DNA of 64,000 nt from Octopus vulgaris (lineage: Eukaryota), in NCBI GenBank assembly GCA_951406725.2, contig OX597831.1, positions 18,600,001-18,664,000 of the forward strand, read 5' to 3'. The notes under the pieces were generated by a model, which saw only the letters and a program-made list of their open reading frames with translations, was not told the origin of the DNA and did not search any database. This document shows, one piece after another, positions 15,889 through 31,602 of the stretch (within the stretch, counting starts at the first letter, position 1; each line of letters begins with the position of its first letter). Both the position numbers and the translations under genes were made by a program.

Positions 15889-16089
15889 CTATTTCTATCG
15901 GTTTGTTTCGAGACGCATAAATTATAATGGTTATTGACAATTTTTGTTTTTTCGGCATATTTGGCATTAGAATTTTTCTTTTGCTCTTATTTTGTAAATT
16001 ATTTATGGATTTGACATTTAAAGGTATATTTTGATATGCTGTCGATTGATAACATTTTTTTTCCCGAAAAAGTTTTTATCCTACAATAG

Positions 16090-16271
<182 letters not shown>

Positions 16272-16276
16272 ATATA

Positions 16277-18309
<2,033 letters not shown>

Positions 18310-18316
18310 TATATTT

Positions 18317-18396
<80 letters not shown>

Positions 18397-18464
18397 AGAG
18401 AGAGAGAGAGAGAGAGAGATATGTATATATATATACATGTACATATATATATATATACATGTAC

Positions 18465-18503
<39 letters not shown>

Positions 18504-18667
18504 CACACACACATACACATACACACACACACACACATATATACACACATCTATATATACGTAATAATTTTACAGTCTTCTTTTTCCCTAACGGCAGTGT
18601 TTATTTGCTTTCGCTTAAATTACAATAACCGTGTTTTTTACTTTTTTCCTGATCCACCATTCTACCA

Positions 18668-18728
<61 letters not shown>

Positions 18729-20094
18729 GGTGCCCTGTTTATACAAAATAAATTAAAATAGAGTAGCGCTAAGAGATAGCAAGACTTGACCTTATAACAT
18801 TCAACACCTACAAACGGCTTGGCACAGAAATAATCAAGACATTGTTTTCAGTAAATCTCACCTTCAAGGAAACGTTTATCGTTAAATAACGAGGCTTATT
18901 ATTGAATTGATGTAAGAGAATCTTTTTTGAGACTCGTCATTTGTAACAATATCAGAGAGTAAAGATATAACGTGTGGGGGGGGGGGCGATCATAATATGA
19001 ATGCTATTAGTCATACCGACATCAGCAAAACGGGAAATCAAATGTCGTAATACAGAAAATATATTTGCATATTCTCATTCTGTACAAAACGGTTACAAAA
19101 GATTTTTGCGGGGTAGGGGTTGCGTAAATATGAATGTAAATAATTATGCACGTGCACACAAACAAACACACGAATACGCACGCACGCACACAAACGCACA
19201 TACACTCACACACTCACGCATCGGACTTACATTCGCTCACACACGGATTTATCGATACATACATGCATATATATATCTATTACTTATATAGAGGTACATA
19301 TATACACACGCACAAATTTGTGATGAATATCGGGACGCGTTGCTATATGCCCAAACTCCGGCAGGGATACATATAACTTGCAAGCCCTTCTGAATTTATT
19401 ACGCTGTCAAACGCTTACCCTATACTGAGGAAATATCTCAGTTTCACAAGTATTACGGTTCTTGGGCTGCAGTATTCACCTGTGAAAATGTCCAACCAGT
19501 GGTTTCTTCTGAACAACAATCTGCTCGAAGTTATATCAACTCTTGTGGCTGCATATAAATTGTGTTGCTTTCTATTCACTCTGCACTTCAATAAGAATAA
19601 AGGATTCATATCCACAGCCCATTGCATTCCCATACTCACATATTGTATATTTAGCAGTGTATAGTGGTGCACACATTTGGATATTGGTTTCACCAAATCA
19701 TGCTGCACCACAAATTTGGAATTGATCTTAGGTTCAATTCAGATAACTAAGTGAAGCTGCTTGAGACTGTGGTCACTTCATGGCCGTTGGAGTTTGCTAC
19801 AGGAAGGCCATATCTGTGGGACAAAAGTGTGTGCCCAAATTGTCATACATGCGGAAAGAATCGCAAGTGGTTGTTGGAGTAATTCTATGATTATAGTAGA
19901 CACAATTTCTAGCCTTCAAATTTCCCCGATTGTAATCCCATGGCTCAGTGACCACAAGTCTCTAACCGCACAGCCTGAAAACAAGGCCGAACTGATGGCC
20001 AAGATGAAGGAAGTGTAAGAAAATCTTACCAAGGAAAAAAATTAGGTATGCATACGCTACATTGTGGAGCCGTCTTTGGGCGGTGCTGGAAGCA

Positions 20095-20282
20095 TCAGGA
20101 CTTACAAACACATATAACATACAGAAAATTGCACTACTGGGCTCTGCACACATCCTACGCAAAACACTTTCAATACAGTAACCATCAGAGCATCACAACA
20201 ATACACAGCACATACCGAAGGCACACAGAGCTGCGCTCGGTAGTGAAGTGAAAGCACGATATGAAAAATATACTACTGAATG

Positions 20283-20283
<1 letters not shown>
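20095..20283 (+). mobile_element. 3' end of an R4/Dong-like non-LTR element, abutting (AAT)n
   Basis: GLTNTYNIQKIALLGSAHILRKTLSIQ*. The 3' UTR ends ACTACTGAAT as at about 25090. Confidence 0.75.
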
Positions 20284-20354
<71 letters not shown>

Positions 20355-20438
20355 GTAATGATGATGATGGTGATGATAATTATAATAATAATAATAATTT
20401 TAACATGGAAAAATACCTTAGATTCGAATTTTCTCCAA

Positions 20439-20484
20439 GACACCTGATGAAGGCAGGAGGGTATATCAGTCGAAATGTCGTGTT
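20439..20484 (+). ncRNA. Minimal type I hammerhead motif
   Basis: GACAC-CTGATGA-A-GGCAG GAGGGTATAT CAGTC-GAAA-TG-TC-GTGTT. A homolog lies at 48242-48284. Confidence 0.7.
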
Positions 20485-20999
20485 AACAACAAACAAGATG
20501 AGGACAAATATCCGTCAAATGTAATTAATATAAACTCATTTATGTATTTACATAAATTCAGTAAATTGTTGCAAAGGGTCAATAAAAATTGGGACACACA
20601 TACAATTAGATTAACATCTGATTTATTGAAATTTGTATTAGTCTTATAGTTGCTGCGACAAAGAACAATACAGACTGGAACGCCATCTGTTAAGATAAGA
20701 GATAGATAGAGATAGAGTGTATATGCAAATTTTTATATAGTTACTTGAAATATGTTTACTTTTGATTTTCCTTAATTCTAACTGAGCATTCATAATCGCT
20801 TTAGATTTACAAAATAATTATCTTTGGTTATGTATGTGTATCGTAGCGATATCCAAAATGTCTTTGAAGCGACTACATCTCTATTAGTAGGATCTCCATA
20901 TTGTTATGCGTAATATTTTTTGTTTTGGTAATATTTTTTGTTTTGGTTTTCACCAGTGTAATCCTAGTATTTAAAATTAGTCAATGTGGAGGGAGCTAA

Positions 21000-21553
21000 T
21001 GGATTAGATAGACCCAAGTATGCAAATGATACTTTATTTATCGATCCCGGAAGGATGAAAAGAAAAGTCGACCTCAGCGGAATTGAACTCAGAACATAGC
21101 GGCAGAACAAGACAGACGCAACACCGCTTAGCATTTCTCCCGGCGTGCTAACGATTATTATCTACTCTAGGCACAAGGCCCAAAATATGCGGGGAAGGGT
21201 GACAGCCGATTTGATCGACCGCAGTACGCAACTGGTACTTAATTTATCGACCCCGAAAGGACAAAAGGTAAAGTCGACCACGGTGGAATTTGAACTCCGA
21301 ACGTAAAGACGGACGAAATACCTATTTCTTTACTACCCACAAGGGGCTAAACACAGAGAGGACAAACAAGGACAGACAAACGGATTTAGTCGATTATATT
21401 GACCCCAATGCGTAACTGGTACTTATTTAATCGATCCCGAAAGGATGAAAGGCAAAGTCGACGTCGGCGGAATTTGAACTCAGAACATAGCGGCAGGCAA
21501 AATACGGCTGCTCATTTCGCCCGGCGTGCTAACGATTCTGCCAATTCGCCGCC
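21000..21553 (-). mobile_element. Family 2 SINE composite (three core modules)
   Basis: The ATCGACCCCGAAAGGATGAAAGGCAAAGTCGAC-like module occurs three times. The tRNA head ends at 21553. Confidence 0.85.
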
Positions 21554-22963
21554 TTACGCTGTATTACGATATCACAATATTAATTGATTAAATTAATATT
21601 ACAGTTTAAAGCATGAACTATAGTAATAGCCTGTTACATATGCTTTATATCTGTTTCCTTGTAAAATTCACAATATTTTTACATGGGAACATAGTAGCAA
21701 TATAGAAGAAAGAAATGTCTGATAAGGTAAGTGCTGTTTTTAGGGGATTGTATGGTTTCATTGCTGCACCTGAAGCAAATTTTTTCTTTTGTACTGCAGA
21801 GCCGACTAATGAGTTGTAAGTGTATTTGATATATATGTATGTAGGTGTGTGTGTCGTTTGTGTGTATGTGTGTATATATTATATATTTATGCGTGTATAA
21901 GCGCTTGTGTGCGTCTTTCTGTTTATCTCGCACGGCATCACAACTGGTGTTGATCACATTACACCTCCGTAATATGTTGCTTCTGCAACACAGACCAAGT
22001 GAATAAATACCGATCAAAAAGCAAGCGTCGGAGTCGATCTAACCGATACAAAAGGAGTTGCCCCGGGGTTCACTGAAGTCTAATTACAACAATTAAATGA
22101 GGGAAAATTCATCAAAAAGGAGGAAACTTGCAACGATAAATGAGATTGAATCTAATGTTTCAAGAATGACATTGATGTAACACTCTTTGCCACTACAGTA
22201 TTGTAATTATGTATTTATGTATTTATATTTTATCTTGTAATTTCTGCTAGACTTCAATCTACCCGTATGAAAGTAGTATAAACTTACGCTTCTAAGCTTT
22301 TTGAGTAACAATTATGTATCATTACTACACTATTATTATCACTCTACTAGTTGTAAATAAATCTCTTAACCTTGATATTATAGTAACAAAGATATTGTTG
22401 GTGCGCTAGTATTAAGATGATGTTAAGTACCTGATTGTGTTGGCTGGAGTTTCTGACGAAAAACTGTAATAAAATAATTAAGACTTTGTTAATAGTAAAA
22501 AAGTTCGCAATATATCGTATGTTCACCATTTTTCCCACCTGAAATTACCCTTTCTATTCTACCAGAAACTACACTAAAAAAATGCAGACCGCTCGACCTT
22601 TGAAACATCTGCCATATTATTTTAAAAACTAATAATCATTTATAAGACGGTTTCAAACGCAGTCGAGTGTCTAAATAGCAGCATTTCCCGCAAATTCAAG
22701 GAACTTCTACAAAGGCATTTTCTAGGATACTAATATAACTGTTATAGACAGCAGTCTTTAGAATATAATCGATTTCAAAGAAACGCCTGAACGGAAATAG
22801 GGAGGCCATTCCTGAAATAATATCCTTATAAGTAGCTATTTATTTTAAAGGAACGCAATAGTTTAAAAGGATATTATTACAGGTAAAGGTTTGGTTGCGC
22901 TCAAAGGATGCCTCTCATTTTACACAGATGATTAAGTGTCAGTATATGTACAAGTAAAAATGC

Positions 22964-23015
<52 letters not shown>

Positions 23016-23016
<1 letters not shown>

Positions 23017-23651
23017 GCGGTATTTTGTCTGCCACCACATTCTGATTTTAAATTCCAGCGGGGTCGACTTTACTTTTCATCCTTTCAGAATCGATAAAAG
23101 AAGATCGATAAATTGATTTATCAATCAAGTACCAGTTACACATTGCTTTTGATAAAATCGACTGGACTCTTACCCCAAATCGCTGCCCTTGTATGCAAAA
23201 TCTAAAAACAATATTATTATCATTATTGAGTGAGAGAGCAGTGCATGCCATCAGAGTGACAATGGGGTAAAATATACGAATCCCAGTATACCCATCATGA
23301 CTACCCGTCTGATAAGGGTACACTAGGCACATGCATCACCTAGTGTACCCTTATCAGACGGGTAGTCATGATGGGTATACTGGGCTTCGTATATTTTACC
23401 CTATTGTCCCTCTGATGGCATGCACTACTCTCTCACTCAATAATGATAATAATATTGTTTTTAGATTTTGCATACAAGGGCAGCGATTTGGGGGTAAGGG
23501 TCCAGTCGATTTTATCAAAAGCAATGTGTAACTGGTACTTGATTGATAAATCAATTTATCGATCTTCATTTATCGATTCTGAAAGGATGAAAAGTAAAGT
23601 CGACCCCGCTAGAATTTAAAATCAGAATGTGGTGGCAGACAAAATACCGCT
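23016..23651. repeat. Long palindrome: arms of about 312 bp with an 11-bp spacer
   Basis: 23016-23327 is the reverse complement of 23339-23651, with about 7 substitutions and 1 indel. The arms consist of a family 2 SINE piece plus the 3' end of another repeat. Confidence 0.95.
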
Positions 23652-23695
23652 AAGCATTTCGCGCGGCGTGTTAACAGTTCTTCCAGCTCGCTGCC

Positions 23696-23775
<80 letters not shown>

Positions 23776-23776
<1 letters not shown>

Positions 23777-25098
23777 TGTATGCTACAAATTATGACCTTA
23801 TGGAAACATTACTACAGAGAGTACATAGATCTACCAAAGAAATAAACATGAAATTTTGTTTAGACAAATGTACCAAAACAACTTTGAGAACAGGAAAACT
23901 AGTTAAGAGAAACAATATTACACTACATAAATCAAATGAAATAAGAGAATTAGACCAAAGCCAGACATGAAAATACTTAGAAATCAATGAACTAGATATG
24001 ATACAATACACACACAAATGAAAGAGAAGATACGAAAGGAAAACTCTCAACGAGTTAGATTAATACTAATAATAAGTATCAAGAATCTAGTCGTCCCAGT
24101 CATACGTTACAGCTACAATAATCTTAACTGGACTCTAAATGAACAAATCAAAATAGACAGGAAAACAAGAATAAATTAGTAGAGCATTTAGTATGCAGCA
24201 CCCGAAATCTAACATAGAAAGATTATATAGACAAAGTGTGGAAGATGGTAGAGGAGCTAGAAAACTATTACGAAATAATCAGCATGGGACTAAAGAAATA
24301 GCTACTTCTGAGATCTCCCACATGTCAAATAATATGTGGAGCTACATAGAAAAGAAATAGTCAAAGCAAAATCTCAAAAATGACCGAGAAGCTCAGGACT
24401 CAAAGCAGAAACGGAAGGATTTCTTATTGCAACACAATATCAAAGACTTCCCACTATAAATTAACAGAAACACGTAATGTAAAGAAATAGCAGTAACTGC
24501 AGAATTTGTGATAATGTATAAGAAACAATAAATCATTTTGTCTCTGGCAGCTCGGTCCTAGCTAAGAAGGAATATATTTACAGACATGGCAGAGTTGACA
24601 CCTATATACATTGGGAGCTATTATAACACTATGCAACAACAACAGAAAAAGAATGGTATAGGCACACACCAGACAAGATCACAGAAAAAAGAGAAAGCAA
24701 CCATAACCTGTGATATGCCAATACACATGGAAAGAGAAATAAAAGCCAATAAGTCTGATATAGTTGTCAAATGTCAATTAGAAGAAAAATGCTTTATAAT
24801 CGATGCATCAATACCAACAGATGATAGTGTTTCTCTCAAACAAACGGAGAAACATTCAAAACATTGAAGTGAAAATAGAGGTAACTTGATTGTGCATCCT
24901 AAAATCAGAAACAATTCCTATTATAGTAGAAGCATTAGGTTTGCTAAAACATCATTTACCGCACACATCCTATGGAAACACAAATTCAGTACAGTGAAAA
25001 TAAAAGCACCGCAACGAACCACAGCACATACCCAACGTACACAGAGCTGAACTAGGAAGCCCAGCGAAAGCATGCGATAGGAATAAGACTACTGAATA
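23776..25098 (+). mobile_element. Degenerate R4/Dong-like (REL endonuclease) non-LTR retrotransposon
   Basis: RT end MKFCLDKC, zinc knuckle CRIC...ETINH..SG..LAKKEYIYRH..IHW (about 24495-24620), and REL DMPIH..REIKANKSDIVV..CFIIDASIP. It is flanked by (AAT)n on both sides. Confidence 0.85.
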
Positions 25099-25140
25099 AA
25101 AATAATAATAATGATGATGATAATGACGATGATGATGATG

Positions 25141-25222
<82 letters not shown>

Positions 25223-25224
<2 letters not shown>

Positions 25225-25870
25225 GAGTCGGCCAGTATTTACACTCGACAATATGTCGGTATTATAAAATCAAAACCGCTGACAAATGGTATAAACATCA
25301 TCCTGAAGCTGTGACTGAGGGAGAAAATGTGTCGATTCTATAGGACTTCCCCGTACAGACCGACAGGACTATAAAAGCTAATAAACCGGATATTATTATA
25401 GAAGATCAGACAAAAAAGATGTGTTTATTAATTGACATGAGTATCCTTTGCGATCACAATATAGCGGCGAAAGAATTTGACAAGATTAGTAAATATAAAG
25501 ACCTGCTAATAGAAATTGAAGAAATGTGGCATCTCAAGGCGACTACAGTGCCAGTGATTGTAGGATCTTTAGGAAGTATAAAAAAGGGTACTGAAACCTA
25601 TTTGAGAATGATTCCAGGCTTACCATCCCTACAGGAAGTGCAAAAAATCGTATTAACTGGAGAGGCTCATGTACTGAGACGAGCTTTATCGCTGTGAAAA
25701 CAACATCCATCCATGAATTTATTTATTAATTTTTTAAATACATATTGTATCTGTGAATTTGTGTGTGTAATCTGGGAATGCATACAATGAGCTTCTCTGC
25801 CCTAGGTGTATGGAAAACTCTCGGCGAGAAACGGAAACAATTTGAAGAAAGAAGGCAAAAACATAATAAT
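25223..25870 (+). mobile_element. Second R4/Dong-like copy (REL domain and 3' UTR)
   Basis: WYKHHPEAV..IL*DFPVQTDRTIKANKPDII..CLLIDMS..KYKDL.IEI..MW..VPVIVGSLG..HVLRRALSL*. Confidence 0.9.
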
Positions 25871-25889
25871 AACTATTGCTATATATATT

Positions 25890-26205
25890 CCCTAGGAATG
25901 ATAGAAACGTGGGCTGATTCCTACCTAGTTCAGATACAAAGGAAACCCCAAAATGGCAGAAATGCAAAAATAGTGCTAATGGGAACTGCCCATATCCTAC
26001 GTAAAATACTGTCTATGTAATCTCAAATTTTAAAACAAACTCATTATTTTCTTAAATTTTCTTAGACGTTCTCTAGAACAATACTATGTGCAGAACCAGA
26101 CACCGTAGGAATAACACCAACATGAACTACTGACTTGTGGTTTCTAGAGGTCTCTGGGTGAGACTTGGAGTCAACTAGAACAAATTCAAAGCAAAAGTCT
26201 AATAA
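25890..26205 (+). mobile_element. Third R4/Dong-like 3' fragment, followed by (GAA)n
   Basis: LGMI...KIVLMGTAHILRKILSM* followed by a 3' UTR. Confidence 0.75.
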
Positions 26206-26236
26206 AGAAGAAGGCGGAGGAGGAGGAGGAGAAGAA

Positions 26237-26298
<62 letters not shown>

Positions 26299-27145
26299 AA
26301 GAAGAAGAAGAAGAAGAAGAAGAAGAAGAAGAAGATGGGTTACAGCAAATATTATGCTCAATACCACAGATTTGCTTGTCATTTGCCAGACCTTAAACAG
26401 TTGAGTATGTTCCTTATTGGCTGACAGTATGTGCATCTCTGGTCATGAGCAGATGTAGTGAGGGAGCATCATAGCCATGTGTTGATAGGAATTCTTTGGA
26501 CTTTGAATAATCTAATTCTGGAAACGTGGGTGTTTCGCTCAACATCCTCAAACAAACCTAACTGAGGAACCTCTTGCGCAGGATTGGCTGCTCAACCTGA
26601 AGGAAATTCTAACTGGGCGATCACTGTATCGCGCACAAATGGTTGTGATGCATGTTCCTGGTGTACCCTTATTAGTGTTGTTTTTCTCAAAATGTTTCAT
26701 CGGCATCAACTATTGTTGGTCTCTCTTCAGACAATAGATTAATTTGAAATGTAAGGAATTAAGACTTGAATTGAACAGAAAACTCTAAAATAGGAATTAA
26801 AATCAAAAGACGCCAATTTTCCTAACTTCATCTCAGAAAAATGAGTTCTTATTTTTTTATTCTAGAATGGCAGAGGAGGAATATTTCGATGTAAGTCATT
26901 CTGCTGCCGTGAATGCATGACGAAAATTTCGATGAATAAACGAATAAATATCTTATTAGGTTAATAAAGAATTTCAAGAACTCTTTATGATTCTGGAAGT
27001 AATTGATTTATTCCTTCTGACTTCAGAAATATTTCTGTACAACATTGCACAGAACCACAATGAATGAAGGTTCTTTATTAGAAGAGCCCACTACATTTTC
27101 ATCTCCCAATCCATTCAAAAACAACTTTAACTACACAGTTGACGA

Positions 27146-27169
27146 TCAGGATACAAGGCAATCATCATT
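27146..27169 (-). CDS. Gene A exon 4 (putative terminal): NDDCLVS*
   Basis: Acceptor TATTTTCTATTTCTAG, phase 0 matching exon 3, and a downstream AATAAA at 27079-27074. Confidence 0.55.
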   Translation of the reverse strand, partial: NDDCLVS

Positions 27170-28183
27170 CTAGAAATAGAAAATATCTGAAATTGCGTAG
27201 CATTCAAGTGGTAAATCATGGAAACTGTTCCGTTAAGTTAGTAGTACTCATGCACTATCCAACAATGCAGTGGGACGCTTTTCCTTTGTAACACAATTTT
27301 ATTGTATTTTAAGGATAATACATACCATTTCTTTTTCCTGAGAATATCTCTAGTTCATGATTCTTGCTTCACGTGCGGGACAACTTTAAATTATGTATTA
27401 ACAGATTTACAATTCAAAATAAGAAATTGTAATCTAATCCCAGAAAAAATCGCTGGATACTTTAGATAAATATTCAATATCTGTTGATAATGGTGTCTAT
27501 TTTAGCCACAAGATTAGCAGTTTTGTACAAAACGATTACTGGATTTCATCGACAGGAGTATTTGATTGACATCAAAAGGGGAAAAGTCAAAGTTGACCTC
27601 TGCATGATTTGATCGCAGAAATGTAAATCCAGAACAGTTATTGCAAAGCCATTTTTCGAACTATGGTTTTTGATAAAATGATTGCTACATTATTTTCGTA
27701 TTCAGAAAAGAATCATATAATTTTTTTGTGAATTGTTAAATTTTTCTCTCCAAGTATGTACAGGCGATTTTTTTCCCGAAGGAACTTCAATAATGATCCT
27801 AGCTTTCACATGTCCGAGACTCTCAATTAACAAGTATTACCATGCTCAGATAAAGAAGTCTGTTTTCCAGTATAACAGGATTTCCTATTATTAACAGCTT
27901 TTGGGAAATCATCATATATATCTGCGACAATTCCACGTGATTTTTTTCCCAAACTTAAATAGTTGCAAATGAATACATTGAAGTCAGAATTGATTAAAGG
28001 ATTGTACATTATAATGAAAGCCGCCTCTGAGCATAGTCTGTCCATTCATAGTCACCGTATGTTTCTCCTATTTTTCCGGTTTCAAGACGATAGCTGCATA
28101 ACGCATTGGTTCTTAATTCTCTCGCTCGTTCTTCTGAGAGCAATATTAGAAATGATAATAAACCTTTATTTTATCAAAAGTCA

Positions 28184-28590
28184 GGCGGTGAGTTGGTAGA
28201 ATACCTAGCATGCCGGTTGAAAAGCTTCCGTCTCTCTCCGCCTTCTGACTTCAAATTCAACCGTGGTTGGCTTTGCCTCCAACATTTCACGTCCAATGAA
28301 ATATGTACCTGTTGAGCATTCGAGCAGATGCAATCGACTTACTACATTCCACAGAATTGCTGACCTTGCTCCAAAATTCTATATTAATATCAGCGTGTTT
28401 ATATTACTAAAAAGCAGGCGGCGAGCTGGCAGAATCGTTAGTATGGTGAGCGACATGCATAGTGGTAATTCTTCCGCACTTTAACAAAGGTCACCTTGGC
28501 CTTTTATCCTGCTTGGGTCAATAGATCAAAGCAGTAGTCTAGTCTGGGGTCGATGCAATCAACTTGTATCCTCGCTTCAAAATTTATGGT
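28184..28590 (+). mobile_element. Two degenerate family 2 SINEs
   Basis: GGCGGTGAGTTGG and GGCGGCGAGCTGGCAGAATCGTTAG heads with decayed cores. Confidence 0.7.
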
Positions 28591-28858
28591 TTTGAACTGG
28601 GTAAAGGACTGCCGTCCCGTTCAAGAGAGTGCGGTGATCTCGGTCACTTATACGCCATGGAAATCGAGTAACCGGTCTTATGAGTTCTCAAATTCTAGAA
28701 ATATATGAAACGATATTACATAAATGACTTATGTTCTTTATCAAATGCTACTTTAAGTCAGTGGGAAATTGATGCAATAGAAATATATAGGGCCTCGTTT
28801 TGTATTCATTCCTACAGGATTCTTCACATTTGAATGAATTAAAAGAAATGTAGCTTAC

Positions 28859-28946
28859 CGCACATATATTGTAATTATGGTACTTAAAGTATTCAATGCA
28901 ATACTCGTCAATTCCTTGGAAGCACTTGTAAAATTTATTGTAAGAC
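28859..28946 (-). CDS. Gene A exon 3: (W)SYNKFYKCFQGIDEYCIEYFKYHNYNICA
   Basis: TTCTTATTTTCCAG acceptor, GTAAGC donor, 88 nt, phase 2-0. It has 14/29 aa identity to 41573-41660. Confidence 0.85.
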
Positions 28947-29858
28947 CTGGAAAATAAGAATTTATCAAGAAATAGCATATAAAATCACCTGAAATATCTT
29001 TTATAAGGTGTACATTTTACGTTCTGAGAGATTTAGATTTAATGTTCTTTTGTGTCACACATTTAGATTGTACATTTCTTGAGTTTATAAAGTATGCAAG
29101 TATGATTCGGTAATTAACCTTTGTTCAACAGCAACCTATCTAGAAAGGAAGGCGTTACGCAGCATCCACTGCTGAAAGAAATGAGATGATTTGGCGCAAA
29201 TATTTGGACAGAGTCGACTTGGCGCATCTCATTGCGCATTCAGCTTGTATTGGTTAACGTATGTTTTCTGGCTGAAGGCAAATATACACCTGCTTGCGCA
29301 GAAAAATATCCGCTTAGGGATGGAAAATGTACTATCTTTCCAGGTGTTAATGGACAGGGAGATGTTAAATATGATTGTATACGCGGGTTGGTGCATCTCC
29401 AGCTGCCATCTTATTTTTACTTTCGCCCATTGGTTTGACGAAATTACAAAATCATATATATATATATATTCAACAATAATATTAAGGAATGGCCTTAATA
29501 ATCCATTCAACTCACTTAAACGAGCAGCTAAACTCAAACCGCTAAATAGTAGTAATTCAGAAATCAAAGGAAAATTAAAAACATTTACCCTAATCATCGT
29601 TGGACAATGCATTGTTTCGACGTACTTTTTGGTAAACCAGCCTAACTAAATTAAATTAAATTTAATCAAGTCAATCTACCACTGGCCCGTCTCATCGGCA
29701 AAGAAGCCAGGAGGAATAAATATTCCACGAGGCAACAGCATCGATGCCTTGGGAATATATACTCTAAATTTTCAAAATCTACAGTCATCGCGCCAAATTT
29801 CTCACTAGACCGCTGGTGGCGAAAACAATTTCTATTGAATTTTTTGCTACCCTTATAT

Positions 29859-29940
<82 letters not shown>

Positions 29941-30012
29941 ATATATGCACTCACACACATGAGTATAGATGTGTGTATGCCAATAAGTAAATAAATAATA
30001 AATCAAACATAC

Positions 30013-30103
30013 CAGCAATGAGGGTCCTCTTTAAAAGTCAGGTTATAAGAGTGAGGGCAATGCTGCCATGCCAACTTTTCGCAATCCACCGCGACAGCGC
30101 CAC
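30013..30103 (-). CDS. Gene A exon 2: [29 protein letters not shown]
   Basis: CTGTTCTTTAG acceptor, GTATGT donor, 91 nt, phase 1-2. It is homologous to 42922-43009. Confidence 0.85.
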
Positions 30104-30889
30104 CTAAAGAACAGCGAATAATGTTCTCACTTACTTGAACTAAATCGGATCTGTTTCATCTCAATTTCTTTATTTCTAGTAGTTAAATGATTGTTTTTAG
30201 TATTTTACAATGAAGATGGAGAGGTAGCGGTATCATTAGCACACCGGAGTAAATACTTTGTGTCATTTCGTCCGTTCTTAAGTCAAGAGGGGGAATCCCT
30301 ATATGTCAATTTTACGTTTCATCCTTCGGGTTGATAAAATCGATATCAGTCGAACACTGTTGTCGATGCAATCATCTAGACCACTCCCATCACACATTTT
30401 TCTTCGTTTAGCTAAAAACGGATTATGTCTTACAATATAAACAACATTCTGGCCGAATTATTAATGCCCGAAATAAAACGCATAACGACATTCCTTCTGA
30501 CTATAAGTTGTGAGGTCACATTCTGTTCGAGGCTGACTTTGCTTTTAATTCTGTCGGAGCCGATAAAATAAGTACCACTTCAGTATTGGGAACCATGTTA
30601 ATCGACTAAACTCATCCAACAAAATTCCCGCCCTTGATAATATAATAAAAAAATAGAAAGAATTATATATGTGCGTAGATTTCTCCATCAGCGAATAAAT
30701 ATTTGTCCATTGTATATTCGAATAGAGCTAGTGTCTCATAGGCTTTGCGATGTTGCAATCTATATCTAAAATTATCAATAATTGCAAAAACTCTTTCGGT
30801 TTAGATTAAATGAAGTTTATATATAATGTTTGTTTTTGGGGTGGGGGTAGTAGCGAAAGGGCTTTGCAATCAACCTATTGTTTTACCTG

Positions 30890-31131
<242 letters not shown>

Positions 31132-31530
31132 TATACAGGGGTGCTATATCAGAACCTGCATCGCTAAAAATACAAGTCAAAATATTTCTAATCTACAGAA
31201 GATTCAGAAAATTAATACACGCAAGATCGGAAAAAAAACTTAGTGAACAAGATTAACGTCCTACCTACGACAAGTGTGCAAGAGGAATGCCAGTTAATTT
31301 GATATCATTGCTTCGAATTTTACGCGAAACGTTGCCTGAATATCCTCACCCAAACATGCTAGTGAAGACTAGTAGAATTTGCCCTTACTATGCCTATAAA
31401 TTCATTTGAAGTGGTCAAACACCATTTAAGCAAATGAAATGCGTGAAATTATTTTTAGGTAAATATGAGAACGATATCTTAAAAAAACACAACTGCTGGT
31501 GGCTACAAGCATAAGCTATACAAGCAAATT

Positions 31531-31602
<72 letters not shown>

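Noticed and set aside
21650-22465. Possible further minus-strand exons (FRQKLQPTQS / GAAMKPYNPL..) as a GPI tail for gene A
   Set aside because: No phase-compatible linking exon was found and there is no paralog support.
26866-26890. Plus-strand micro-exon candidate (MAEEEYFD) with good splice signals
   Set aside because: No supportable partner exons. Such motifs arise by chance in AT-rich DNA.
30135-30152. Alternative gene A first exon (minus-strand ATG with GTAAGT donor at 30134)
   Set aside because: The implied intron is only 31 nt and the peptide is not signal-like.
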